From: Octopus bimaculoides | Lineage: Eukaryota | Direction of reading: 5' to 3' | Assembly: GCF_001194135.2 (NCBI RefSeq) | Contig: NC_068989.1 | Location: 34,239,837 to 34,303,836, forward strand | Length of the DNA: 64,000 bases | In this document: positions 63,807 to 64,000 of the stretch, piece after piece | Position numbering within the stretch: the first letter of the stretch is position 1 | Layout: every line of letters starts with the position of its first letter | The notes under the pieces: model-generated | The model's input: the letters and a program-made list of their open reading frames with translations, nothing else | Database searches by the model: none | What the model was told of the DNA's origin: nothing | Position numbers and translations under genes: made by a program

Positions 63807-64000
63807 TTAGGTCATCCCATAAATAATGCAGTATTCTTTATACTTCTTTTATTTTTCAAAATTAAGATAAACAAAGTTCTTTTTTAATCTAAAATATACT
63901 CTCCTTCATTTTCTACAATGCTCTTCCATCTATCTGGTAGACCTGCAAGGCACCTCTTCCAAAATTCACTTGTTCATGATGAAAAATACTCCTCCAGTAC
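63807..64000 (-). mobile_element. Mariner terminus (continues beyond the window)
   Basis: ta|ttaggtcatcccataaataatgcag; aligns with 2808-3000. Confidence 0.8.

Overview
Eukaryotic, AT-rich, microsatellite- and transposon-dense DNA with 7 assembly gaps. The repeat content suggests a cephalopod, probably Octopus (inference). The only recognisable host gene is polycystin-2 (PKD2/TRPP2) on the minus strand: 12 coding exons from 55511 down to the TAA at 20562-20564, all with GT-AG junctions and consistent phases, giving about 769 aa. The first coding exon was not found. The protein has a PKD2-type C-tail, a PKD2L1-like pore filter (LGDFD) and two canonical-looking EF-hand loops. The rest is introns and downstream DNA with RTE LINE pieces, tRNA-derived SINEs, mariner, hAT/Buster and TTAA-flanked DNA elements, RLE-type LINE ends, a Penelope-like element and a 121-nt 18S rRNA fragment. 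The most unusual signals are: type I hammerhead-ribozyme motifs in three unrelated repeats (one with an intact core, sense to the PKD2 pre-mRNA; one in a head-to-head foldback with tRNA-like heads); a duplicated acceptor/exon start just upstream of a PKD2 exon; and three SINEs stacked at one target site. Everything was read by eye; no database searches or folding programs were run.
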